The position numbers were made by a program, and so were the translations under genes. From Tubiluchus corallicola (Eukaryota; Animalia; Priapulida): a DNA stretch of 64,000 bases. Below are positions 26,229 through 40,630 of the stretch, in pieces. The notes beneath the pieces are model-generated. The model had not been told where the DNA came from. It searched no databases and worked only from the letters and a program-made list of their open reading frames with translations. Positions within the stretch are counted from its first letter, which is position 1. Each line of letters begins with the position of its first letter. The stretch covers positions 248,001 through 312,000 of the forward strand of contig JAQGDQ010000180.1 in the NCBI GenBank assembly GCA_030141605.1, in the 5' to 3' direction.

Positions 26229-27779
26229 TTTTCATCTACCAAGTTTTATGTATGTTCATTTTATTTTATCTGTTCCTGTTTTGCTTTACGACTTTTTACG
26301 ATCTGTCATGTATTCTGCATTTTATTTTGCTTTCCTAAATGAAAAGTGTGAAGTTTTAAATTATTTATAAGTTTTTTCACTCAAGACTGATTTAAAAAAC
26401 CCGTACGTTTTACGTCAAAACCAAAATGATTCTAATTACTGCTCTGTAGCATTAGCTTCTTCTACAAAACTTATCTGTTTGTCTCCACACCGTGAGAAGC
26501 AATGCGAAAACATTTGACAAAACTACTTAATAGGTAGATTTCACTTCTACAGTTTTGAGACTAAAACAAACGCCAAAAGTAGTACGATTTTCAACAAAGT
26601 GAAATATAATAATTAATAATCCTGCAAAATGGCAACCTTCAGTGCAATTCTGGGTCTGAGTATTGTATCTATGCCAGCGAAGTGACGGCTGTGAATTGGC
26701 CCTACTACCGAAACTGAAGCGTAATTATTGCGAACGAATTCGCAAGCAAAACTACGTACGGGGGAAGGATAAGGCGAGAGTAGGTTACAGGAAAAAGAAA
26801 AGAACAATGGCGGAAACACGTTTTTTCTTAACCGGATACTAAATTTATTTTTAACGTGTTGTTTTTGCTATAATCCGTATTAGTTGTTGTTGAAATGGTA
26901 AGACTATTTTTAATTAAAGCGTAATGCAGAAAAGTAGCAAAAAGAAAAGACTTTGCGTTGCAATAACGCTAACGGTGCTTAACAGTTGTCGTGTGATAAC
27001 AAATACAGCTATAGCCGCGCAACCTATACGGCAGACTGTGCAAAAATTTATCTCCATTTCAGTTGATGGTAAATTTATTTTAATGATGTCAACTCCGCGA
27101 AAAATAAATGCTTTACACTTCCGATCAACTTCTGTTTATTAAAACTGTATAAATGATAAAAACTAGCGTGTTAGCTTCTAAATTTGACTTTTCACAAAAT
27201 CAGCCTCAATTTGAAAAACAGTAAAGTTCTGTGACTTTATCTATTAATTTCCGTTATTTATTCAACCCGGGATTAAACTAGCTGTTTACGGAATGTGTCA
27301 ATCCTATCAGGAATAATGAGTAATTACATTTACTCTTATATTACTAGTGTTAAACACAAGTTAATTAATCTTTCTAGCACGGATTACCATTTTCCTCAAA
27401 GTTGATAAGATATTAAATGCAATCAAGCGAGATTTGTATTTTAATTAAATTTTAGCCGACAGTTTTTCTCCTGACTGGCGAAATGGCTTTTGTGTATGTA
27501 GTAAGTGCGTCATAAACTGCTGCTTTTATTAGTTTGTTAATAAAGCTTCCTTTCCTAAAAATTGTTACGTGCATGTAGCACCTTAATTAGAAGCGTGGAA
27601 AATATTTTGACTAATTTCGTTGTGGTTTTCTGCACTGTTTTCGGAAATCATTAAATTAATAGTGACTTAGAACATACTTTGCATCTATGACTTGACGTGT
27701 TTAGCTCTATGACAGGCTGAGGAAAATACACACCTAGTAAATACGTGCTACGATAAAATGAGTTGTTACTTGAAGCAGC

Positions 27780-28405
27780 AGGGCTCGTATTTAAAATTAC
27801 TGGGGGGGGGGGGCTGCTTCAGGAAATTTTTAGCCAATGTTTTTATACTGTGTAAAACGAAACAAACATGTCATGTGATTTTAATGTTGTAATTTCGAAT
27901 TGTAATTTTACGCAAACTAACATACGAAAGTTTATATATAAACTTCATGAAATCCTAAACGAAAATTTTTTTTTGCTCACTAATAGCCTAAATTGTCGCA
28001 TTTCAAGCTTGATCCATTCACGGTAAGCACTTGACAACTGACAACAAACTGTGTGACCGACAGTACTTTCTCTACCTGTGCTCATGGCCACATAAACTGT
28101 GTGAGCGACAGTACTTTTTCTACCTGTGCTCAGGGCCACATGGGCTTAGCAGCAAAACACCTTGGGGTGTGAAGTAAACAGTACTACCCTCGTGTGCTCT
28201 GGTTGCGTACAAGCATAAAGAATATCATGCTGAATATTATCGATAATATTGAGTGAAAATAGGGGGTGCTGCAGTTCCACAGTACCTATACACGAGACGC
28301 CACCGTAAATTTCACAGTTGTAAAGACATATCCCTCATCGAAAAGAATTTTCCTAAAATCAAGGTGCAAAAATGACAGAGATATGTAAGATTCTGTTTTT
28401 TCCCT
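27780..28405 (-). mobile_element. hAT-like MITE family A plus shared flank
   Basis: Reverse-complement match to about 8455-9010, including about 95 bp outside the TIR. Confidence 0.75.
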
Positions 28406-28604
28406 TTGTAAAAAATCAGTAAAAATACAGGGTGTAAAATTTATCAAACATGGGAGAAATCCCTGAACTGGGAGAGGACTGAACACAGATGGTGCTCGTG
28501 TTCATTATGGTCAGTTAATTTATCCTTCAACGATCTTATATTGATTAATAAACATGACTTGTTAAATAACTCTCTCCTAAATTGATTTCTGTGCTTAACT
28601 TCAG

Positions 28605-28760
28605 AAAGCATTGGTTAGAGGCATCTATCAACTACTGGACATATGCAGTGAACATACTACAGCCATGCTGACCGCAGTCCTCGATTCTGCCGGAACTCAG
28701 ATGTTCAAAGTGCTTAGAAATGATTTCGTCAAGTATTATAAGTACACAGGAAAGGTTTGA
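28605..28760 (+). CDS. URB2: URB2 last coding exon
   Basis: Acceptor aacttcag; KALVRGIYQLLDICSEHTTAMLTAVLDSAGTQMFKVLRNDFVKYYKYTGKV*, with the Urb2/Npa2 GIY.LLD.C motif and KY.GKV end. Confidence 0.93.
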   Translation, partial: KALVRGIYQLLDICSEHTTAMLTAVLDSAGTQMFKVLRNDFVKYYKYTGKV

Positions 28761-29212
28761 GGCTGCAGCATTTCTTACTGTGATACTCGAGAGGCGATTA
28801 AAGAAGTTATGCACCTGTTGTAACGATTGTTGCTTAATCTGCTTGAATTGTATAATCATTGTGCGTAAACTCACGTTGGCAATTCTTTTCACGATAAATC
28901 GAATAGGCAGAAAGTTGTTTGTCATAATTTAGTTTTTTTTAATAATTTTGTATTTTTCTAGTTTTGAATTGTTGTTCAGACGATCTTTTGATTGGAGAGA
29001 GAATTTGCCAGGTCACAGCCAAACATGCTCAAAATTGAAACTTATCACACAATGTGCAGAGAATGAAACAAATGCACCATTTATATATTCTCAGTGATTC
29101 AGCGTATTAATAGTGACTTACAACATACTTTGCATCTATGTAGATGTTTAGCACTATGACAGGCTGAGGAAAATAGATACCTAATAGATCTAGTAGGGCT
29201 GAGAGCTAAGTG

Positions 29213-29570
29213 CAGGGGCGTGTTTACCAATAGGCTAACTAGGCTATAGCCTAGGGCGACAAAGGTTGAGGCGCGTCAGATTTAGAAATGGAGAAATTTA
29301 GAAAACTTTTGGAAAATGTGCATACTTTCACATTCATGTAAAGGGAGCATTTTATAACACACTACAAGCAGTTAGTGAGTGCACCTTCTATATGTGCCAC
29401 ATAACGAACAAGTGCAAGGTATTACACAACAAGCAGTTGCGCAGCCTGCTTGTATATAAGCGCTTTGGAAATAAATGTAATTAATAGTGACCGTCTGGAA
29501 ACTAAGTTAACATCATTTCTAATGCACCACAAGTAGTTGTTTAATCTGTTCAATAAAACAACCATAAACC
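29213..29570 (+). mobile_element. hAT-like MITE family F, 3'-truncated
   Basis: Starts caggggcgtgtttaccaatagg; homologous to 7120 and 42425. Confidence 0.7.
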
Positions 29571-29834
29571 AAGCCTTAAGCAATCCTGGTTTCTCAAGTA
29601 ACTCGGTTTTTGCAGAATTACATACATTTCACTTGTTTCACTATGTAGCGTTGAAGCGGGAAGAGAAATCTCTAGCTAGATAGTGATAAGAAAGATAGGT
29701 ATCGCTTCAAGTAAACAAAAAGAAATTAATCAGTAGAAATATGAATAAAACGTTTATATGATTTAAGCAGCATTGATGCATTGATTTTTGGTTCTGGAAC
29801 GTATCCCAATTCGTTTACATCACTTCCTATGGAA

Positions 29835-31880
29835 GTTTTAGTTTCGTTTAACGTCATTAACGTCGTTAAGTGAAGACTTAGTTACCCTGCACTGAGTGTT
29901 TTAGTTTCATTTAACATCGTTAAGTGAGGACTTGCTTACCCTGCAATGAGTGTTTTAGTTTCATTTAACGTTGTTAAGTGAGGACTTACCCTGCACTGAG
30001 TGTTTTAGTTTCATTTAACGTCGTTAAGTGAGGACTTACTTACCCTGTACTGAGTGTTTTAGTTTCATTTAACGTCGTTAAGTGAGGACTTACCTGCACT
30101 GAGTGATTTAGTTTCATTTAACGTCGTTAAGTGAGGACTTACTTATCTGCACTGAGTTTTTTAGTTTCATTTAACGTCGTTAAGTGAGGACTTACTTACC
30201 TGCACTGAGTGGTTTAGTTTCATTTAACGTCGTTAAGTGAGGACTTACCCTGCACTGAGTGTTTTAGTTTCATTTAACGTCGTTAAGTGAGGACTTACTT
30301 ACCTGCACTGAGTGGTTTAGTTTCATTTAACGTCGTTAAGTGAGGACTTACCCTGCACTGAGTGTTTTAGTTTCATTTAACGTCGTTAAGTGAGGACTTA
30401 CTTACCTGCACTGAGTGTTTTAGTTTCATTTAACGTCGTTAAGTGAGGACTTACTTACCTGCACTGAGTGGTTTAGTTTCATTTAACGTCGTTCAGTGAG
30501 GACTTACCCTGCACTGAGTGTTTTAGTTTCATTTAACGTCGTTAAGTGAGGACTTACTTACCCTGCACTGAGTGTTTTAGTTTCATTTAACATCGTTAAG
30601 TGAGGACTTGCTTACCCTGCAATGAGTGTTTTAGTTTCATTTAACGTTGTTAAGTGAGGACTTACCCTGCACTGAGTGTTTTAGTTTCATTTAACGTCGT
30701 TAAGTGAGGACTTACTTACCCTGTACTGAGTGTTTTAGTTTCATTTAACGTCGTTAAGTGAGGACTTACCTGCACTGAGTGATTTAGTTTCATTTAACGT
30801 CGTTAAGTGAGGACTTACTTATCTGCACTGAGTTTTTAGTTTCATTTAACGTCGTTAAGTGAGGACTTACTTACCTGCACTGAGTGGTTTAGTTTCATTT
30901 AACGTCGTTAAGTGAGGACTTACTTACCTGCACTGAGTGGTTTAGTTTCATTTAACGTCGTTAAGTGAGGACTTACTTACCTGCACTGAGTGGTTTAGTT
31001 TCATTTAACGTCGTTAAGTGAGGACTTACCCTGCACTGAGTGTTTTAGTTTCATTTAACGTCGTTAAGTGAGGACTTACTTACCTGCACTGAGTGTTTTA
31101 GTTTCATTTAACGTCGTTAAGTGAGGACTTACTTACCTGCACTGAGTGGTTTAGTTTCATTTAACGTCGTTCAGTGAGGACTTACCCTGCACTGAGTGTT
31201 TTAGTTTCATTTAACGTCGTTAAGTGAGGACTTACTTACCTGCAATGAGTGTTTTAGTTTCATTTAACGCCGTTAAGTGAGGACTTGCTTACCCTGCACT
31301 GAGTTTTTTAGTTTCATTTAACGTCGTTAAGTGAGGACTTACTTACCTGCACTGAGTGGTTTAGTTTCATTTAACGTCGTTAAGTGAGGACTTACTTACC
31401 TGCACTGAGTGGTTTAGTTTCATTTAACGTCGTTAAGTGAGGACTTACCCTGCACTGAGTGTTTTAGTTTCATTTAACGTCGTTAAGTGAGGACTTACTT
31501 ACCTGCACTGAGTGGTTTAGTTTCATTTAACGTCGTTAAGTGAGGACTTACCCTGCACTGAGTGTTTTAGTTTCATTTAACGTCGTTAAGTGAGGACTTA
31601 CTTACCTGCACTGAGTGTTTTAGTTTCATTTAACGTCGTTAAGTGAGGACTTACTTACCTGCACTGAGTGGTTTAGTTTCATTTAACGTCGTTCAGTGAG
31701 GACTTACCCTGCACTGAGTGTTTTAGTTTCATTTAACGTCGTTAAGTGAGGACTTACTTACCTGCAATGAGTGTTTTAGTTTCATTTAACGCCGTTAAGT
31801 GAGGACTTGCTTACCCTGCACTGAGTGTTTTAGTTTCATTTAACATCGTTACGTGAGGACTTACTTACCCTGCACTGAGT
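29835..31880. repeat. Tandem satellite, 50-54-bp unit, about 39-40 copies, derived from the family E MITE end
   Basis: Unit ttttagtttcatttaacgtcgttaagtgaggactt(actt)acc(c)tgcactgagtg; preceded by family E body at 29690-29880. Confidence 0.95.
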
Positions 31881-32304
31881 GCACTTCACAAACGCCTACG
31901 TTGCAGGTAAAAAAATTCTTACTAAGCAAAAACAACTTTCTATTACTATGTTCATTTCATCTGTTTCTAATCATAATAATGAAGACAGCTAAGTAAAAGT
32001 AATAAAAAAAAAACATCTGTGTCATCGCCATGCTCTCTTGTTTTTCATTTGATATCTCATTTTGCTTGTTCATTAATAGTCAGCAAACTGCTTGACTGTT
32101 GCAGCAGTATAATCTGCAGTGTCAGGTGGCTTCATGTTGTTCCATGGCATTTTCTCATCCTTGTCAGAGTTACAAGGTTTAATCGGTTTATTTTATAGAC
32201 ACCAGATGAGGTAACGGCTCTGAGCACTTCTGCAAAAATGCAAAAGAAATTTCTGATCCAGATTATGCGTTCGTATGCAGTTCTTAACAAATTTCACTTG
32301 ACGG

Positions 32305-32863
32305 AAAGAGAAAGTCACTTAGTATGTTGGGTTTATTTTACTGTTATCACTTAAATTTAGAAAAATATAACAACGAAATTTGCAAAGAACTGCCCATAAA
32401 GAATAAATTTAAAATATACTACCTATGAATAGAAATTTTCAGGCGCGGTGGTTCCCGCCATTCACTTGAAAATTGTGACGTAACTGGGAGACTTCGTAAC
32501 TTTTCGTAAGCGCGTCATGGCTTTTCCTAAGCGTGTGCTGCTTAAACTAATTCAAACTTCTGCAACTTACCTAATGTTCACTCAAAAATATTACAAAATT
32601 AAGTATCTATTTTTTTTGTAAAAACTTATTGTACTTTTGATGAAGATTGACAGTGCGCTACTTTTCTTCAAGACGAATGACGTCATTGAAAGAAGAATGG
32701 ACATTGAAAATAGGAGCGTCCAAGCATGAAGTGATCATGACTTTGAAGTGATTTTACTAATTACACGAGGCGCTCATTGCAGTTTTATTAGTAAATCCTT
32801 CTAACATTTTTCGTGAACATTGAAATAAGCCAAACCTCCAAGAAGGCTTGACCTTTCCTTTAA
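32305..32863 (-). mobile_element. Kolobok-like MITE (family D)
   Basis: Ends ttgacctttcct-ttaa; homologous to 44300, 51300 and 58778. Confidence 0.75.
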
Positions 32864-33284
32864 TAAACATTCTAGTTGTCAAGTCAAGTCGAAAATAAAT
32901 AAGAAGTTGATGATCTTACCACATACATTGACTCTTAATCTGTTTGAACGTTTGACCAGAAAATTTAACATAACTGAAAATTCTATGATTCAAAGAGGTT
33001 TCAAGCTGCTTGTTTTCACACAAATTTCCCATGGGGGCGTTGTGACATTAGCGTTGAAATTTATTGCAATATGTGAACAAAACCTTATGGAACGAATAAA
33101 GGTTCAACGTTGCAAACTGCAATATTTAAAATTAAAAGAAATCTACTTAGTCTTATCCGAAGTCGTATCCTTCCCCTATATTATAAATTCTTTCTGTCTT
33201 TCCCTCTCCCTCTCTTCTTGTTTCTCTCTCTCCCAAATTTCTCCTCTTTCTCTATTTCTCTATCACACTGACCACCGTCTGGGC

Positions 33285-33750
<466 letters not shown>

Positions 33751-34589
33751 CGCTTTTGCCGTTTACCGCGACACGACCTGATTTAGATTTTGTGGTCAGA
33801 TAAATTGCCGTATTGTGAAATACGTTCACACTTTTTTCACAAAGAAGCCATATTCCATCTTCACGCTTCGGTAAGTTTACCTGCAAGTTGTAACGGGACA
33901 CGTGATCAGTGAACCCGCCTCCCTGCATTACACCTAAATTGCACGTTTATGTGAATCGTTTAGGTGATGGAGGACCCACAAGTACAAGAGATATTGAATC
34001 GCATTTGTTGCTGTTGAAAAATCATCGAATTTTCTCGGTAGTAATTTTTCCAGCAATTTCATACTGTATAAAATGTTGCTGTTAGGCATATTTTGAATAA
34101 AAGACAGTTTAAAACAAGCATATTTTTCCAGCAATTTCGTACTGTGTAGAATATTGCAATGGAGCATATTTTGAATAAAAGACAGGTTAAAACAAGCATA
34201 TTTGTTGAAATTGCTCTAAATGGGGAAAGACAAGGCATGGGTAGCCCTTTTTTTTGCAGAACAGAACAACACAATTATTTTCTAGTTATCGAGAAAAGAA
34301 GTGAAAATTTAGTAGTTGAGATCGTCAGTTCAATTAAGCGCGTCTTCTATTCGAATTGTTTCTGTGGAAACGGTGAGTGGGCCCGCTATACGAGTGGGTT
34401 TGTTTGTAAAAACCACCAGGGAGTCTTTACTTTATGCTAGTCGTAAAGCTCTTTATTAAAGCTATCCGTCTGACTGTGTTTGCCTTTCAATGAAAACGGA
34501 GAGAAACATTGTATTAGTCGGAAATCAACTTGCTTGTTTTGGAAAGAAAGGTCCCAAAAGCCCTGCAAAATCATGATTTGCTCTACCAG

Positions 34590-34705
34590 ATGACGACAAC
34601 GATGATGATGATGACGGCGGTGATGATGATGATCATGACGATGATAAGTTGATGACGATTATTATTATGATGATGATGATGTTGTTGTTGTTGATGATAA
34701 TTATA

Positions 34706-34736
<31 letters not shown>

Positions 34737-34788
34737 CGAAGATTATGATGATGATGATTATGATTATGATAATGAAGTAGTTGTTGTT

Positions 34789-34819
<31 letters not shown>

Positions 34820-34825
34820 ATGACA
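34590..34825. repeat. Degenerate (GAT)n microsatellite
   Basis: Seen directly. Confidence 0.95.
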
Positions 34826-35089
34826 ATAGTGTGTTTTATTGATATTGTTACTGAATCACGCTTTGCTGCTGGTGTTGTCACGGTTGAACAAATATGGAGT
34901 GTGAACTGCCCATCTAATGAATCTTAAGCCGTAGAACCATTTTACTTTTCGCAACAGACTGAATTGTTGTCGAGTGGGACAATGATGTGGCAAAGGGAGT
35001 GAATCCTTGCTGTACACAAATGTTATCATTCATTACTTTTCTAAATAACAAAAGCTTCGCTTAGACTCGGCTTCTTAGCTGAACCGATC

Positions 35090-35525
35090 TTAAAGGAAGA
35101 CAGGATGATCTTTCACATACAACCCCATTTTCAAATACGAAAAAAGTATACATTTCAACCTGACAATTAATACTGCAAAAGGTTTTCTGATTAGATAATT
35201 AAATAATTGATTAAAAACTTAATTAACGGCAGGTGAGCCCAACAATTGATGACATCACAAACTAACATTATTTTCAACAGCAAAAATATTTCACGTGCGT
35301 GTTGCACGTGTTTGCGAAAGCGAAAATTGAAGTACAGTGCTACTGTAAGATATTCAGTGTGTTGTACTAAAACTAGGTATTTTTAAGATAAAAATTCAAA
35401 TTTCAAAATTTACCGCTGTGCTCATGCATGAGCTGTCGAACGTGTGTAGTTAGTCACAAACTAACACAATTGAACTGAGAGGTACAGCACCTGTTTTTTG
35501 TGCAACGCGCTTCCGAAATGCCCAT
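35090..35525 (+). mobile_element. MITE family B, partial
   Basis: Starts TTAA-AGGAAGACAGGATGAT; homologous to 5331. Confidence 0.8.
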
Positions 35526-35892
35526 CTAAGAAGAAAAGTGAGATTTAGAGAAGAATAATGGTCTTCAAGAAAAGTAAGGTCGTTATAAAATTTCATAACA
35601 TTATATAACAAAGAAAGTTGATTGATGACGTCTGAGTCGCGGTTTTATTATAACCAAAGTTCTGAACGTGGAAATCGATTAATTTCATCACTATCAATGT
35701 TGGTGACATTATTACGTACATTAAACATCATCACGTGATTTTCTGTAGTCAATCTGTAACTGTCAACGAACAGACGAAAAAAAATTGTTGAAGCTGCCGT
35801 TAAAAAGTAAGCAACGCAATTCAAGTGGTTCAAAATTTGAACAACTTATAATGTATCACTCGCGATTTTAGTAGATCGGCTGATGTCAGCAA

Positions 35893-36494
35893 AGCAAAAC
35901 CGGACACAATTTTAAACTGTCAGTCAAAACAATCTGCTCTTTAAAATATTGGAAGGAAACACTATTTTTTTTCAAAAATGACTTACGTGAAAGAATTATT
36001 ACCACGTAAACACAATTTCGCGTTCGCGCCACTAGTTCTTCACTGTTACATGCATTTCGCCATTCACTAGTTAGACGGCCAAAATTGCCTGAATTTCGGA
36101 CAACATTGCACAAAAAAACATTTGCTGTTCACATGTATTAGTTTGTGGCGTTCGACAGCTCATGCGTGAGCACAGCGGTAAATTTTAAATTTGAATTTTT
36201 ATCTTAAAACTTGCATAGTTTTAGTACAACATACTGAATATCTTACAGCAGCACTGTACTTCAGTTTTCTCTTTAGCAAACACGTGCAACACGCTCATGG
36301 AATATTTTTGCTGTTGAAAATTATGTTAGTTTGTGATGTCGTCAATAATTGGGCTCGCTCTCCGTTAATTAAGTTTTTAATCTATTTTTTCACTATCAGA
36401 AACGTTTTTGCAGTATTAATTGTGTTAAAATGTATACATTTTATTGGCCTTGACAATGAGGTAGTATCTGAAAAATCATCCTGTCTTTCTTTAA
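35893..36494 (-). mobile_element. MITE family B
   Basis: Reverse-complement homology; ends aatcatcctgtctttctttaa. Confidence 0.8.
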
Positions 36495-37147
36495 ACAATG
36501 ACACTTCCAGATAAGCCAGCAAGCAATCTAGGCAAAAGAAACCGTTTGTATTTGGAAGTTAAACGCCGGTAACTATGACGAGTTCACGTGGCATCTGTCA
36601 TGAAGTTTACTGAACTAGCGAGACTAATTTTATTCTCTTTCTTGAAAACTGCGACAAAAAAAATTTACAGAAAATGTGATTCGCAGAACAGTAATTTTTC
36701 CTCTGTTAAACCCGTTTCTTCGTATAAAACAATAATCTACATACTATCTCACCTGAGTGTTCACAACAGAGCAATGAACTTGATTAATTTGACAGACAAA
36801 GAGAATTTTCCACGATGTGGCAGCATCCTCTTGTGTATTTAGGCGCACCTGTGTAATAAATGGAGCTTTAAAAATAATCGCAATTGCAAATAAACAAAAC
36901 GTCTGGGTAGCGAGCACATCATTTGATGAGGCAATGGCTTCTACAGCCTGTAAACACAATGGCTTCATCTTTCTCTTCCGTGACTCCTGAAAGCATCCGG
37001 TAAATTGCTCACTTTAATAACCTTGGATGTAAAAGTGTTATTCTGTCATATTCAAAATGACCAAATTTAATTAAATTTAATCACTTTATGGACTAGTGTA
37101 ACAAGGGATGGTGACACGAGATTATCGTTTTTTTTCTGTTAGTCACT

Positions 37148-37748
37148 TTTAAACCAAAACCGGACCCAATCTTAAACTGTAAGTCAAAACAATCTACTGT
37201 TTCAAATGTTAAAAGGAAAGATACTATTTTTTCAAAAATGACTTATGTGAAAGGATTATTACCACACAAATGCAATTTCACGTTCGTGCCACTAGTTTTT
37301 CAATGCTGCATGCATTTCGCCATTCGCTAGTTAGACGGGCCCTAGCGCCTGCATTTCGGAAACGCATTGCACAAAAAACAGGTGCTGTGCCTTTCATTTC
37401 AGTTGTGTTAGTTTGTGACGAGCTACACACGTTCGACAGCTCATGCGTGAGCACAGCGGTAAATTTGAAATTTGAATTTTTATCTTAAAACTTGCCTAAT
37501 TTTAGTACAACACACTGAATATCTTACAGTAGCGCTCTACTTCAATTTTCGCTTTTGCAAACACGTGCAACACGCTCGTGGAATATTTTTGCTGTTGAAA
37601 ATCATGTTAGTTTGTGATGTCATCAATAGTTGGGCTTGCCCTCCGTTAGTTAACTATCTAGCTTAAAAGGTTTGGTCTTATTTTAGATCTTATTTTAACC
37701 GTATTTCAGAATGGGGTAGGATATGAAAAATCATCCTGTTTCCTTTAA
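37148..37748 (-). mobile_element. MITE family B
   Basis: TTAA at both ends; ends aatcatcctgtttcctttaa. Confidence 0.8.
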
Positions 37749-39906
37749 TAAAGAAATGTGAACATTTTATTCATAAAATTTTAATGCGACAAGCCTGAAA
37801 CTTATTAATACAATTAGTAAGGAAAGACACAGTAAGTTTTGGTAAATATAGAACATGGTTGAATGGGTTAGACTCGTTTTCCGGAAGAGGTTCTTGCTAG
37901 AAAAGTTTTTGCTAGAAAAATTTACTTCCCAGAAAAAAATCTTGTCAGAAAAGATTTTTTCAAGATTGCCATTTCCCGGAAAAATGTTCTCTTATAACCG
38001 TTTTTCATGGAAAATAAAGTTCCCAAAGAATGTAATAAATTCCTTTGAAAGCTCAGTTAGATACGCAATAGAAAAGTATGTTGAGAATATCGTAGTTTAT
38101 TCTAATTACGCGTATTGGTCAATATGGATCGTTAAGGCAAGAAAATGAAACGTCATAATGAATAGGTAACTATACCTCTCAGTTCAGATGTGTTAGATTG
38201 CCTCTTCCCTTGCCTTCTCTTCTCTTCTCTTTTCTTCTCCCCTCCTCTCCTCATCTCACCTCACCTCAACTTATCTACCCTAATCCAATCTAGTTCCGTC
38301 CACTACAGTCCTGCTCAGTCAAATCAAATCCAATCTAACGTAGTCGTGGGAAGATTACACTTGGGCTCGTCTTTCGCTGTCATCAAGATCATATCTTTAA
38401 TTGTATAGTATTAATTATTCCAGGAATTACACGTGTAATCTAATATCCTGCATTGAGTAATCTTATCGCGTTCAAGAGAACTGACAATCCAATCTCTTGC
38501 AAGATCATAATTATTAAGTCCTGCCTTATTCTGCTCCGTTTGATCAAGCTAGTGTTTGAGATGGAGTGAGTTGAGACAAACATAATCTGTAAAATTGTTT
38601 GAGTCGAACTTTGTGGGTGGTTTGGGATGAATTATGCATGTTTTTCGTAAGTCTATCGTGCTATAACATGATCCTTTATTGTGTGTCTTAAGTTGCAGAA
38701 AAACATGTTTATTGGCAGGTATAGTTAAGTGCAAAACCTGGTTATAGATAGCAGCGCTGGATTTAGGTCAAATGCGGCGCTAGTTAGCTTATGAGGCGAC
38801 TTACCTACTTGAGCCCTGAAGGAGGTAGGCAGGCCCGGTAGGCCTGTACAGGTAGTCGGGCATACATTTTCAGGATATTTAAGAGTGGTTAAAATACAAA
38901 TTATTATTTTGTTAAAACAAGTTTTCCGCAAATTTTCGAATTATCAGGCCTCAGGGAAAGTTTTGCGAGTTTCATGGCTAAATTCAGGTTCAGACTGTCT
39001 GGGCTATAGAGCCCTAGCCTGCCCAACACTGTCTTACACAGGTCACGTGATGAAATAGTGTGACTTATTTCACACAAACACTCTATACAATATAACTATC
39101 ATACCACATATACTTCACAATTAAAAACAACTTACTAGCAGATTTCTATAAACAACTATCTACTCTGGCTATACCTCCACAAGAACAACATAACGCCCTA
39201 ACCAAATATATAAATTAGCTATCCTCAGCATACGACAAACGCACAATGCTACTAGACCCAATCACTACATCTGGTATACAAGAAGCAATACAAAAGACAC
39301 CATGCCAGGTTTAACTGGAATTAATCAGACGACTCAGAAAAACCCATACGGATGGTACTCAGTCCAAGCACTACAGGCCAATTTCAATCTTGCAACTTTT
39401 AGGGAAAACATTTGAACGTCTGACATTTGAAAGATTCATCGTATAAAATTTTGACAGGAAGATGCCCCCCTACCCTACGGGACCCCGTGCTTAAGCACAC
39501 TTAACAACATTGGTAAATCCGGCACAATTGGATTGGATTTTCGTTGATGGTTCTGACATGGAACGGTGCACCTTGAGTTTCTTGAAGTTTTCTACACTTA
39601 AACATGATATGGGGCCTCACATTAACCGCTCAGTGTTTCAGAAAAAACATGATTAATGGACAAATGCACAAAACTATTAAAATTTATTACACTTCATTTC
39701 AGGTAGATCATATATAACTTAGCTTTTGTACGTAACAAGGTCTAAATTAACGTTTGTGTCGAGAAGTAAAAGAAATTTTGTTTTTGTTTGTTTCCTCTTG
39801 AAATGTGAGATTTTAATGTCATAAAATTGAAGTTTTTCTGCATTTAAAGGAATTTTTCGAAAAATTATTATTCTAAATTATTCGTTGTTGATCTTCGCTT
39901 CTAATT

Positions 39907-40072
39907 CCTTCTAGAGATAAAATAAAAGCAAAGAGCAATTGATTAAAACATCATGGTACAAATACTTGTTTACAATAATGTTACAAGAAAGCCTTCTAGA
40001 GATAAAATAAAAGCAAAGAGCAATTGATTAAAACATCATGGTACAAATACTTCTTTACAATAATGTTACAAG
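39907..40072. repeat. Two-copy tandem duplication of about 85 bp
   Basis: ccttctagagataaaataaaagc...aatgttacaag occurs twice. Confidence 0.9.
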
Positions 40073-40590
40073 GCCAGACATTCATATTGAATTAGAGTAA
40101 TAGTACAAAAAAGGCTAGACGTTACGTTGATTTTACGATAATAATTGTTAGTATCTATTTAATCTGTGCACAGTTACGTACTATGTAAGTACTTTAGATG
40201 ACCTACATACGGATAACCTCTATGCTCAGTTACGTACTATGTAAGTACTTTACAGGGAGTCTAGAGGGACAACCTCTGTGCATAGTTACGTACTATATAA
40301 GTACTTTAGAGGACTTCTATAAGGACAACCTCTATGGGGAAAACCTGTTCCTAGCATTTTACGAACCAGACAGGTTTTTCCCAGGGAACTATCCCCGCCT
40401 GCACTTTTGTAACGTCATGTGCATTTAGGTAATTGCATAGTTAATGAACCGGCAAGAGTAGTGATTCACTTGACTTTAAAGTAATTCGTTATACAATTAA
40501 GCTACAGAAGACTAGGTGCTTACTATATATAGAACACTTCATCATTAACCTGAACAGATATATATATATATATATACAGTATACACAATA

Positions 40591-40630
<40 letters not shown>

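Noticed and set aside
28590-28605. 5S box-A-like gcttaacttc on the minus strand
   Set aside because: No further 5S similarity; it is the acceptor region of the last URB2 exon.
29835-31880. CRISPR-like array
   Set aside because: Units are contiguous with no unique spacers, there are no cas genes, and the unit derives from a MITE end.
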